A stretch of DNA of 58,751 nt from a virus (taxonomy: Duplodnaviria > Caudoviricetes), in the IMG/VR virus record IMGVR_UViG_3300046168_000001, positions 1 through 58,751 of that record. One strand, 5' to 3'. The notes below the pieces were generated by a model. It did not search any database, was not told where the DNA came from, and saw only the letters and a list, made by a program, of their open reading frames with translations. This document shows, in pieces, positions 38,872-48,125 of the stretch (position 1 is the stretch's first letter; every line of letters starts with the position of its first letter). Position numbers and translations under genes: made by a program.

Positions 38872-41800
38872 AGGTGCTCCAAGCACAACACAAAAAGCTG
38901 TAGAGAAACTACAAGAAAGTATGGTAACTGCAGCCCCTGAAGTAGATCCTAAGATGGTACAGCAAGAAGGGGAGGCTCCGGTCTCTCCTACTTCTGGAAG
39001 TATTTTTGATAGGATTGCTGCACAACCTGTGGCTGAGGCTACACAAGACAACGTAGAACAACAAGCAGAGCAAGTAGGTGAACAAGTACAAGAGGCTGTA
39101 GTAGAGGGATCTCCTGTAGCCCCTGAACTTGCTGCTATTGCAACTGCTGAGTTAGAGTCCAACCCTAAACGTCTTAATCAAAAACAACTAGAACGGGCTG
39201 AAGCAAAAAAGAATATTGTTAAACCGCTTAATGAACGTACTAAAGAAGATTCAGGTCAGTGGTTTTATAATGCTGTTATAGCAGAAGATGCTGCTTCGGA
39301 TGTAACATCTGGGCCTATGTCAGACGGTGGCCTTATAGCTCGTGCTAGGAATTTGTCTAATGGTGTTTATGGTGGTACAGCTTCTCAAGTTCAAGCTGAA
39401 ATCGAACAAAACGGTAAACCTCCAAATGGGCTGTTTGGTATTGCTGGATTAACAGAAGCAGCGACAAACAATGTTGCTCTTAATGTTTTAGAACGTCTTA
39501 ATGCTGTAGATAGAAATGCTGGTAAACCAACAAGAGATTTTCTTCAAACAATGTCTGTTGTTGCTGAAGATACTATTTCACAACTATCATTTAGTGAGCC
39601 GACATCTCTTGATATAAACCCTGGAGAAACTGCTATCAATGATGATGGTGAAGTTCAAAACGTAACAGAAGAAGAGATAGCCCAATCGACACCCTTTTCA
39701 AAAGCTAAAGCCAATCGTGATTTAGGAACACGAATAAGCAGAGAGTTCCAAAGGTTGCGTAATAAAGCAGAGGGTAGGCCAACAGATGAATACCAAGACA
39801 TAAGCGCAGATGAGGCTATTGCTCTTGGAGATATGGCAAAGGAGTTATATTGGGCAGCAAATAAAACTGTTGATGGTAAAAACTTTCTTGTAAGACAAAA
39901 AGCAAATGATGGTCAAGTGTATTTTACTTTAACCAAACATGGTTCTGATATGCTAAAGCAAGGGGCAGCTAGACGTAAACGCATGTTCCCTGGAAAACAA
40001 GTAAGGACACAAAAGAATTCAGGTGTAAAACTTACAGGTGAAGCAGAAAAAGCTACTCGTAAAGTGTCTTCTAGAGCAGGTCGTCTTACAGGAACCCAAG
40101 AGCTTAATCAAGCAATGGCTAATCTAAACAAGGTAGCTAACGTTGTTGATCCTCGTAGGCTTAAGATTCTATATCTTACAGCACTCCCTGTGTTACTTGG
40201 ACAAGCGGCCCCTGATACTCTTTATGCATCTCTAAATCATGTTGGTCAAGATAAATTAAATAAGTTTCTAGCTAAGGCTGCTGCTAAAACAGGAAGCCCA
40301 ACAGAACAAGAGACTGCAAACGCAACACAAGAATATAATGATTTAATAAATGATTTGGCTCAAGACTTGCGTGGTATTGCCTTAGAGCGTAAGGGGGCTA
40401 ATTACCTTACATATTATGTTCAAGCATTCAATACTCGCATTGCTCCGCAACAATCCACTCTTGATCCTACAACATCTAAAACTGCTAGGTTTGTAACTCG
40501 TAATGCTAAACCTTCATTGGTAGATTCAAAGACAGGAACGGGAAGACGTATTGAACGTAACCTTCGACAGATGTATGCTATGCATCTTGTAAAAGGGGCG
40601 GGGCCTAAGTTTCCAGCAGAAAGAGAAAGTATGCTAGAGATTGCTACACCACAACTAGTTAAGTGGGGCATATCCTTACGGGCTGCTCTTGATGGTGTAC
40701 CTGATTCTAAAATTGAAGAAATATCTCAAGCTATTGAAGATGGGATTTCAGTTAATGATCCAAATTTTCCACAGATCCCACAGCTACCTTCTGATTTAGA
40801 TCCAGAGTTGTTAGAAACGATTAAGAAACAAGGGGAAGATGGTCAAGCATATATTGATGGACTTATTGACTTTGCAAATTATTATGAAGTAAAGACTCGT
40901 GCTGCTTCGGATAAATTAGCAGGTAGGTCAGACGGTAACTATCAGTTTCCTTCTTTCTTTAATGCGTATATGGATGGTAAGACTAATGGTCTAGCATCTA
41001 ATGGTATGCAAATGGGATCTATGTCTGTTGCTCAAAGAACAGGTGTACTAAGAAGTCAAAACACTTCTGCTATTGATAATAATGAAGACATACGTGACGA
41101 GTTAGCAAACCTTTTATTAGCTAGTTTAGATGATGGATTTGATGGGCATACAGGTGAAGTTGGTGATTACTTGCATAATATTGCAACTGAAGTGTTTAGT
41201 ATTCGTGCATTGAATAAGGCCACCACCATGACGTTTGGTTATGGGAAAGAATTAAATTCTTTTAAACGTGACATTCGTGAATACTTAGATCTTATGGAAC
41301 AAGAAAAAGCAGCAGAAGGATCTAACTATAATGAGGTAGCATTAGCTGTTGAAGCCCTTACGTCTGATACTAAAGATGGAAGAGATGCCTTGGTTGAAAT
41401 ACTTCATGCTAAGTATGTACCATCTCTTGTTCAGGTTCTTGACAAGAGGGCCTTGCAGTCTCGTAATATTATGCGTGGGGCTGCTATGCTTCATGCTCTT
41501 TCTAATGAGTTGTTTACTATTGAATCTCCTACAGGGACTTCTCTTAATCTTGGTGGATCTGCTACTACAGGATACATTGAGGGAGATGCTTACAAGGTTT
41601 GGTCTGATGGTAAATATAGCTTAAGAAAGGTAGGGCGTTTTGGAGATGAACTAACTGCAGCTGCTCCAAGGCTTATGGATGACGTAAGTGTTCCTGGAGA
41701 AAGGGCGTATGGTGGATCTGTACCAGCCCCTGTTCAATCTCTAGATGCTGCTACGGTCATTCGTACAGCTAGTGGGAAGTCTTGGTCTAGGCTTGAAGCA

Positions 41801-42415
41801 GCTTCTGGTGGTGCTCCATATCTTCATACTATCTATGATGCCTTTAAGGTTGATGCTATGGGATATGATGTTGTATTTGAAGAAGTCAATCAAAACTGGT
41901 TAGATTTAAATATGCAGTGGTCATATCTTGAAAAGACTTCTGATGCATTAAACAATCTTAGATCTAAGTTTGCTGAAAGATACAGTGGACGAGACCCTAA
42001 TGATGTTCTTACAGCAAACGAATGGAGCATGGCTGGATACCTTTTAGAACAAACAAAAGTAGAAGGTAAGTCAATAAGCTCAAACCTTATGAATAAACTT
42101 TCTAAGGTGCTTGATCTACCCGTGGTTGATAAGAATAATAAACTTATTGAAAAACATCCAGAAGTAGAGGAAGCTACAAAGCGAATTGAAGACGCTATGA
42201 TTGCTGCTGGTTATAACCCTAAAAGCCCACCTGCACAACCTACTGTGCGACACATAAGGGCTTTTGTTCAGGCGTTTAGTAAAGAACTAAACATGCAAGG
42301 CAGACTTAATAAGATGATTGCAGAGACTAACAGAGATAAGGCTGTTCTCAAATCTGAAATAGAAAAGCAGATTTCAGACGGTAACTTTGGTGTGGCCCAA
42401 TATATGGATCACTAA
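38858..42415 (+). CDS. Second single-subunit (T7-superfamily) RNA polymerase, probably virion-encapsidated
   Basis: Motif A YMDGKTNG, motif B RALNKATTMTFGYG, VQSLDA, motif C HTIYDAF in correct order; last gene of the ejection module; start placed at MAVIRG. Confidence 0.85.
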   Translation: MAVIRGAPSTTQKAVEKLQESMVTAAPEVDPKMVQQEGEAPVSPTSGSIFDRIAAQPVAEATQDNVEQQAEQVGEQVQEAVVEGSPVAPELAAIATAELESNPKRLNQKQLERAEAKKNIVKPLNERTKEDSGQWFYNAVIAEDAASDVTSGPMSDGGLIARARNLSNGVYGGTASQVQAEIEQNGKPPNGLFGIAGLTEAATNNVALNVLERLNAVDRNAGKPTRDFLQTMSVVAEDTISQLSFSEPTSLDINPGETAINDDGEVQNVTEEEIAQSTPFSKAKANRDLGTRISREFQRLRNKAEGRPTDEYQDISADEAIALGDMAKELYWAANKTVDGKNFLVRQKANDGQVYFTLTKHGSDMLKQGAARRKRMFPGKQVRTQKNSGVKLTGEAEKATRKVSSRAGRLTGTQELNQAMANLNKVANVVDPRRLKILYLTALPVLLGQAAPDTLYASLNHVGQDKLNKFLAKAAAKTGSPTEQETANATQEYNDLINDLAQDLRGIALERKGANYLTYYVQAFNTRIAPQQSTLDPTTSKTARFVTRNAKPSLVDSKTGTGRRIERNLRQMYAMHLVKGAGPKFPAERESMLEIATPQLVKWGISLRAALDGVPDSKIEEISQAIEDGISVNDPNFPQIPQLPSDLDPELLETIKKQGEDGQAYIDGLIDFANYYEVKTRAASDKLAGRSDGNYQFPSFFNAYMDGKTNGLASNGMQMGSMSVAQRTGVLRSQNTSAIDNNEDIRDELANLLLASLDDGFDGHTGEVGDYLHNIATEVFSIRALNKATTMTFGYGKELNSFKRDIREYLDLMEQEKAAEGSNYNEVALAVEALTSDTKDGRDALVEILHAKYVPSLVQVLDKRALQSRNIMRGAAMLHALSNELFTIESPTGTSLNLGGSATTGYIEGDAYKVWSDGKYSLRKVGRFGDELTAAAPRLMDDVSVPGERAYGGSVPAPVQSLDAATVIRTASGKSWSRLEAASGGAPYLHTIYDAFKVDAMGYDVVFEEVNQNWLDLNMQWSYLEKTSDALNNLRSKFAERYSGRDPNDVLTANEWSMAGYLLEQTKVEGKSISSNLMNKLSKVLDLPVVDKNNKLIEKHPEVEEATKRIEDAMIAAGYNPKSPPAQPTVRHIRAFVQAFSKELNMQGRLNKMIAETNRDKAVLKSEIEKQISDGNFGVAQYMDH

Positions 42416-42472
42416 AATAAAAAAAAATACCCCTACTAGAATCCAATTAAGGAAACTAGTAGGGGCTTTTTT
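42416..42472. terminator. Bidirectional terminator between convergent arms
   Basis: A-run, CCCCTACTAG...CTAGTAGGGG stem (42430-42465), T-run. Confidence 0.88.
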
Positions 42473-42720
42473 ATTTAAGCATACCGTTTTTAGCCAGTAG
42501 CTCTCTGATGTCACGCTCAGCATCTTTCTTTATCTGTGCAGCTGTTTCTGGTTCCATACCTTCTTCTACTGCTCGTTTATAATTATACTGTAACATGTCT
42601 TCGTTAATCTTGTTTGAATATGCAGACCCAGGGTCTAGCCCAAAGGTCTCTACATACTCCATGTCATCTACTGGTGCTCCGCGTAGAGCCAAGTAGTTGT
42701 ACGATTTCTTATCGCTCATT
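42471..42720 (-). CDS. Hypothetical protein downstream of RNAP
   Basis: AGGAG RBS before MSDKKSYNY. Confidence 0.65.
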
Positions 42721-42729
42721 AATTTCTCC

Positions 42730-45048
42730 TTAGGCAAAGAAGTAATCAGATTCATAGATCTGTGTTACGTCTAGGTTGCCTAGCTCTGGTTGCTCTACGT
42801 CAAGGTTAGTAGCATCAGTAATGATGTTTTGTTGTATCAAGTCGTAGTAATTTTCTTTATCATACATTTCGATAAAGCTCTGTTTAGTCCTTGCTAATAG
42901 TGCTTCGACATCACATGCATGAGTGCTAAAGGAATCATGGACTGCTCCGAAATCACCGTTCCATTCCTCAATAACCAATGCCATATGACTGGCATCCTGA
43001 CTGTGAATGTAGTTAGGACTGACACCACACATAAATCCGCGAATGTCTGGGGTCTTCGTAGGTACTCTTGCCACATGGTTCACTCCTTTGTGTCCTTTAG
43101 ACTGAGACTTATAGCCACTTATAGTACCTCTACATTTTCGTGTAGCTGTAGTATAGTTCTGATAGATTACCTTAAACCCTGATGGTGTTACCCATGAGAG
43201 GTCGCTTCTACCGTTGCCATGTATCAGTTTACTTTTGTACGATCTAAGAAGTACTGTGAGTGTGTTGAGGTGTTCAATCTCTTCATCAGTTTTATCTTTC
43301 TTTGTGTACAATTCTTTCTGATCCTTGACCAGTTGTTTGTATTCTGGCCCAGCAGGTTCATTTTGATTATTGTATTTTAAATATTCACCTATCTCATACT
43401 GTGCTAGTTTTTGCAAGTATGCCATAGTATGCAGGGGTCCTGGGCATACAAGGTTGATTGCTTTAATTAGTAGCTTAGCTAGTTTATCACAGTCATCTTG
43501 TGTTATCCCATACTCTATGTGAAAGTCCTCTGCTTTACAATCAAAGAACATATTCTCAGCAATCTTCTTTGCACCTGCTGAGTATGCTCTTGTCATACTA
43601 CCACGTTTAGATATAGCTTTTCTAATATGTTTCATTGGCATCTGATCAAGAATGTCTTTAAGTCTTTCATCAGTTGTCAAATGGTACAGCTGCTTAGCAG
43701 TCTGAACATAGAAGTCATGTTGTATATCTACTGGTATTAGCCCTACAAGCCTCCCTGTCTGGCTGTCTTTAGAAATAGCACCTAGATGCTGCCAACCATT
43801 GTTAGACCCGTCTATGGGCACTGGAAGGTGGCTAACGTGGATTCTATTATCTTTGACTGCTCTTTGGTAATCAAACCACTCAAAGCAACAGGCTAGGAAT
43901 GACACAGATTTCTCTGCTATATCTGCTACGATACCTCTCCTACCCATTTCGACAATAACTTCCATGTTATCGTTAGTCCACCTTACCCTGTCCTCAAGGG
44001 TAAACTTATCTACGCTTATAGACTCTAGCTTTTCTTCTTCTAGGTATCCTGCGTAGTCAGCCTCACACCAGTCAGGTATCTCATCTATGTTATAACTCTG
44101 GTTGAATGTATTGGCTGTGTGTACAGCTAACCAGAAGAGACCGTCCTCTGTCATAGGTTTACCTCTAGCAAAGGTCATCATACCTCTGGCTAGGTCAGAC
44201 CCTTGATAGTTTAGGAAGGACTCTGAGTAGTATAGCCTACCCCTATAGTCTGCTTGCATGAACTGATAGAAGACATCGTGATCATATAGCAGCTTAGCTT
44301 TAGTAGTAATGAAACCCCACTCTACTAGTTTGCTTCTTCGTTTCATTTCTTTAGCGTCATTATCATCTATTGGTGTTGATGACACAAATGAATCTTTGTT
44401 TTCTATAAGAGTATCATACACACGCTGGTTAATTCTCCATCCAGTGCGTTGTAGTTTGTTTACTGAAGTAACCCAGGGGGTTCCAATCATAGGTTCAAAC
44501 CTTGCGTTGTCCTCTTCAGTCCACTCTTTAATTACAGGTTCACCATCTGGCTGTATGATTTTTGATATTCTATCCGGTCTTTCTAACACAGTATGTGTCA
44601 AAGAAATCCTCATCATTGCCTCTGGTATGTCAGCAAGATCTATCCACTTAGCTGTAGCTGATACAATATAACTAGTATCCCTTGTCTTTGGGTAGTATAT
44701 ATCTATGTACCCACAGTTATAGAATGCCTCTATGAAGAGATCACCCAACCTCACATGCATGTTCCAGGGTAACCCAGGGGGTTCCCTTTTGATTACACGT
44801 GCTATGCGTTGACCTATTGCTGTAGATACAGCTGTCAACTGTGCAGTCCCTGCAGGACTATCTGAGGTATCGTAGGTGAATCTCATTTGTATTGTTTGGA
44901 AAGCCACATTTATTAGTCGTGGCATTTCCTCTTTGTATTCTTTATACAATCTCAGAAGTACACCACCTGAGTTTGCCTTAGGGTTATTCGGATTAACCCT
45001 TGAGACCTTATCAACTAGGTACTCTGAGATGTTGTCGAATGGATTCAT
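42730..45048 (-). CDS. T7-like DNA-directed RNA polymerase (772 aa)
   Basis: DYRGRLY, QGSDLARG, PIDGSNNGWQHL, RKAISKRGSMTRAYS, WVTPSGF, PNYIHSQDA, VHDSF. Confidence 0.96.
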   Translation of the reverse strand: MNPFDNISEYLVDKVSRVNPNNPKANSGGVLLRLYKEYKEEMPRLINVAFQTIQMRFTYDTSDSPAGTAQLTAVSTAIGQRIARVIKREPPGLPWNMHVRLGDLFIEAFYNCGYIDIYYPKTRDTSYIVSATAKWIDLADIPEAMMRISLTHTVLERPDRISKIIQPDGEPVIKEWTEEDNARFEPMIGTPWVTSVNKLQRTGWRINQRVYDTLIENKDSFVSSTPIDDNDAKEMKRRSKLVEWGFITTKAKLLYDHDVFYQFMQADYRGRLYYSESFLNYQGSDLARGMMTFARGKPMTEDGLFWLAVHTANTFNQSYNIDEIPDWCEADYAGYLEEEKLESISVDKFTLEDRVRWTNDNMEVIVEMGRRGIVADIAEKSVSFLACCFEWFDYQRAVKDNRIHVSHLPVPIDGSNNGWQHLGAISKDSQTGRLVGLIPVDIQHDFYVQTAKQLYHLTTDERLKDILDQMPMKHIRKAISKRGSMTRAYSAGAKKIAENMFFDCKAEDFHIEYGITQDDCDKLAKLLIKAINLVCPGPLHTMAYLQKLAQYEIGEYLKYNNQNEPAGPEYKQLVKDQKELYTKKDKTDEEIEHLNTLTVLLRSYKSKLIHGNGRSDLSWVTPSGFKVIYQNYTTATRKCRGTISGYKSQSKGHKGVNHVARVPTKTPDIRGFMCGVSPNYIHSQDASHMALVIEEWNGDFGAVHDSFSTHACDVEALLARTKQSFIEMYDKENYYDLIQQNIITDATNLDVEQPELGNLDVTQIYESDYFFA

Positions 45049-45066
45049 ACAATCCTCTTTCTGTTA

Positions 45067-46698
45067 TTATACTGTAAAGTATTCGTCAAAGCCACCAGAA
45101 GCTATTAGCCTAGTGGTTTTGTTGTTGTATGTAGCGGAACCTGCAGGTCCAGTGAGTCCTGTAAATCTGGACTTGAGTACTTTGAACTTGATTGTGTTTC
45201 GTTCAGACTCTGACTCTGCAACGAGGTTCCTTGAAAAGGCAACGATGTCGAACGAGATCTGCTTGATCGATCCACTGCCTTTGATATCATCGATAGATGC
45301 GAGATGTCCTTCCTCAAAGCTTTTACCCCCTTGTGATTTACGTAGGTGACTGATAAGTCCTAGCCACACATTGTGTTTCTTTACAACCTTAAGAAGGTCA
45401 GACATTACTTTGTCTATCGCTTCGTTACCAGACAACCCCTCAGAACCTTCCGATACCGCGATAGTAATGTGGTCAAGAACGAGGTACTTGCAACCCATAA
45501 GGGCCATGTATTCGATCTTGTCGATAAGAGATGCGTCCCCAACGGAGCCTTGGTGATCCAAGAGAACCAGTCGCTCGTCACCAAACACAGCTTCGTATCC
45601 TCTGCGGAGTTCATTCTCATCAGTTGTTGGAGGGTCCATGATGTTACGTTTAAGCTGCATGGAGATAAACTTTTCGGCTGTATCTCCAACACTTTCTTCC
45701 AGACTAATGAGTCCAACCTTATCACTTGTCTTAGAAAGAAGGTCAAGAACAATCTCTTTAATGACAGTAGACTTACCACTACCAGTGCCAGAGGTAAACA
45801 GAGTAATCTCACCATATCTTATCCCCTTAAGTTTTTCATTGAGTCCTGCAAGGCAATCAGGGTAAGGAACCGACTCAACATTCTGGCGTTCCTTGAGCTT
45901 TTCCCAGACTGCTTCGCCCATGACAATTCCTGCAGGGGACCACGTTTTAGCGCCCCATATACTCTCCACGACAGCATCGGATCCATGCTTAAGGAAGAGT
46001 TCTGATGGATCCTTGCACCCCTTAAGCGTTGCCACCTTGCATCTGCCCGTACCCACAATTCGTGCCGCTTTTTCCACTGCTTGTGAACCAGCTTCGTCCG
46101 AGTCGAACATGAGTATGACAGATTCATATTTAGATAACCATTCCCGTTGCGCCAAAAGGTTATTGACTCCTGAAGCACTGGGAAGCGATACAACAGGGTA
46201 GATCCTATTGTACTTTTGTTTATATGCCTGAGCAACAGCGAGTGCATCCAACTCCCCTTCGGTGATGACGAGCATCTTGCTACCCACCGACTGTTCCTGC
46301 CCGAATAGTTCCACATCTTTAAAATCTCCATGAACACTAAATGTTTTAGGTAGTTTTCGTTCTTTGTATGCTACGATCTTACCGTTCTTTGTGTATGGGT
46401 AATAGTGTGATTCCGGTAATCCTTCTGGAGTTATACTCATTTTTACATTAAAGTAATCTACTACTTCTTTAGAGATACCACGAGAAGAAATACCATAGCT
46501 ACGATAAGAATCGATATCGGAGAATCTAGTAAGCTCATTAAAGGTGGCGGGTTCATAACTGTCCATTTCTGTTTCTACTTTCTTTGATTTGCCACAGCTG
46601 AAGCAGTGTCCTACTCCATCACTGTATGTTGTAAATGCATCGGAGCTACCACATCCAGGGAATGGGCAGGGTCCTCTAGTATATCTTTTATCATCCAT
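45067..46698 (-). CDS. DNA primase/helicase (T7 gp4-like)
   Basis: Zn finger CP..GC...CFSC, TOPRIM ITEGELDAL / FDSDEAG, Walker A GTGSGKS, VLDH, GSGSIKQ. Confidence 0.95.
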   Translation of the reverse strand: MDDKRYTRGPCPFPGCGSSDAFTTYSDGVGHCFSCGKSKKVETEMDSYEPATFNELTRFSDIDSYRSYGISSRGISKEVVDYFNVKMSITPEGLPESHYYPYTKNGKIVAYKERKLPKTFSVHGDFKDVELFGQEQSVGSKMLVITEGELDALAVAQAYKQKYNRIYPVVSLPSASGVNNLLAQREWLSKYESVILMFDSDEAGSQAVEKAARIVGTGRCKVATLKGCKDPSELFLKHGSDAVVESIWGAKTWSPAGIVMGEAVWEKLKERQNVESVPYPDCLAGLNEKLKGIRYGEITLFTSGTGSGKSTVIKEIVLDLLSKTSDKVGLISLEESVGDTAEKFISMQLKRNIMDPPTTDENELRRGYEAVFGDERLVLLDHQGSVGDASLIDKIEYMALMGCKYLVLDHITIAVSEGSEGLSGNEAIDKVMSDLLKVVKKHNVWLGLISHLRKSQGGKSFEEGHLASIDDIKGSGSIKQISFDIVAFSRNLVAESESERNTIKFKVLKSRFTGLTGPAGSATYNNKTTRLIASGGFDEYFTV

Positions 46699-47143
46699 CT
46701 AGTTCCATCTTTCTTCTTTCGCTTGACGATTCAGTTTTCTCTTGTAACTCGCTTCTCGTTTCTTGTTGAGTCTCTTTTGTTTGATCATTTTCATACTCTC
46801 GTACTCTGATGTCAAGGAACTCTCCTCCTCGTTTAACGATTCGCTTTTCAAGTTTGATGTTGTAAACTTTATTGTCATTGAATTCCTCATATACTCCTTG
46901 ATATGTATCTAATATTGGTTTAATTACATTATCTAGATCTGCCCCTCTATTGGACAGACCTGCTGTGATATCAAAGGTAACTTGACCAGCCTTGAAAGGC
47001 CAGTCAGTACCTATAAGTTCATCACGAATCTGGTTCTGATACTCCAGGTAATCCGCTGACTTGAACGTTGTCTTCCCTCTTCGGTTCCACATCTTGTTCG
47101 CACTCAGGGGTTTGATTGAGAAGTAATGACTCATCTGGTTCAT
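46691..47143 (-). CDS. rusA: RusA-like Holliday junction resolvase
   Basis: PLSAN..W, ADLDNVIKPILD, NDNKV. Confidence 0.8.
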   Translation of the reverse strand: MNQMSHYFSIKPLSANKMWNRRGKTTFKSADYLEYQNQIRDELIGTDWPFKAGQVTFDITAGLSNRGADLDNVIKPILDTYQGVYEEFNDNKVYNIKLEKRIVKRGGEFLDIRVREYENDQTKETQQETRSELQEKTESSSERRKMELDG

Positions 47144-47828
47144 TCTTACTCACCTCCTTTAGTTCATCCCATGTAGTCAGCATAGTAAGTAGTTTACGAC
47201 TAACCCAAGGATCACCTGCATTGTTTTCTTTCCAAGCTTTTTCAACAGCTGTCCATCGTTGTCCCATAGGGACACCCTCTAGTATTTTAGCAGCTTTCTT
47301 TGGTCCAATACCATTGATCCCTGGGATGTTATCACTAGTATCACCAGTCAAGCATTGTAACATTAAGTTTAGATCTGCTTGATCATCGTTAACAAACTCA
47401 TGGGTTTTCTTAGTATAGTTGTAGTGATGACCTGGGATTTGTTTAAGGTCTTTATCAATACCACAGATAACAAAGTCCAGTTCCATTTCACGAGCTTCAT
47501 AGGCCCAGATACAAACTAAATCATCTGCTTCCATACCATCTGCTTCTACTCCACCCCACTTTTCTTTCATATAGTTGTGACCGTAGTTGAGGGACTCTTT
47601 TATTTCCTCTTTTAAAGCGGGTCTCGTGCCCTTGTAGGGGGTGTAAAGGTCTTTCCGGTAGTTCCCCCTACCTTTAAGTGCTACACGGCACTCCTGAGGC
47701 CCTGAGAAGGCGTATGCGATACATTGATTTACAGTAGTATCGATTACTTTTCTGATCTCTGCTTTATCAGAGTTGCTATAAGCAGCCCTGAAGTAGATAG
47801 AGTCAGCGTCAATTAAGGCTAATGCCAT
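47022..47828 (-). CDS. 5'-3' exonuclease (T7 gp6-like)
   Basis: IDADS, YKGTR, MEADD, DKDLKQIPG, GDTSDNIPG..GIGPKKA. Confidence 0.92.
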   Translation of the reverse strand: MALALIDADSIYFRAAYSNSDKAEIRKVIDTTVNQCIAYAFSGPQECRVALKGRGNYRKDLYTPYKGTRPALKEEIKESLNYGHNYMKEKWGGVEADGMEADDLVCIWAYEAREMELDFVICGIDKDLKQIPGHHYNYTKKTHEFVNDDQADLNLMLQCLTGDTSDNIPGINGIGPKKAAKILEGVPMGQRWTAVEKAWKENNAGDPWVSRKLLTMLTTWDELKEVSKNEPDESLLLNQTPECEQDVEPKREDNVQVSGLPGVSEPDS

Positions 47829-47840
47829 TATCTTTTCCTT

Positions 47841-48125
47841 TTATCTGTAGACCACATCGATACCCCATGCCTTTACTTTATTTTCTAAAGGGTAGGGGTC
47901 GAATGGGTCTCTTTCAAATTGAACTGCTGCGAGTAGATGGAGAATGATGTATCCATTTGTAGTATAGTGGTAACGCAATACATCAAACCATTCTCTCGGT
48001 TCAATATCGTCTGGTTTTGGGTGGAAGGATACAGCGTACCCTGGGTATTCAATTGATGGTTCATAAGGCACTTCCTCTATATTAGTGGACATCTGCATAG
48101 CTAGTTCCGATAACATAATCACCAC
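47841..48125 (-). CDS. Hypothetical protein (true start probably near 48072)
   Basis: Fills the gap between polymerase and exonuclease. Confidence 0.5.
   Translation of the reverse strand: MVIMLSELAMQMSTNIEEVPYEPSIEYPGYAVSFHPKPDDIEPREWFDVLRYHYTTNGYIILHLLAAVQFERDPFDPYPLENKVKAWGIDVVYR

Noticed and set aside
45373-46005. 210-aa + strand ORF opposite the helicase
   Set aside because: Antisense to a motif-complete primase/helicase; no recognisable motifs
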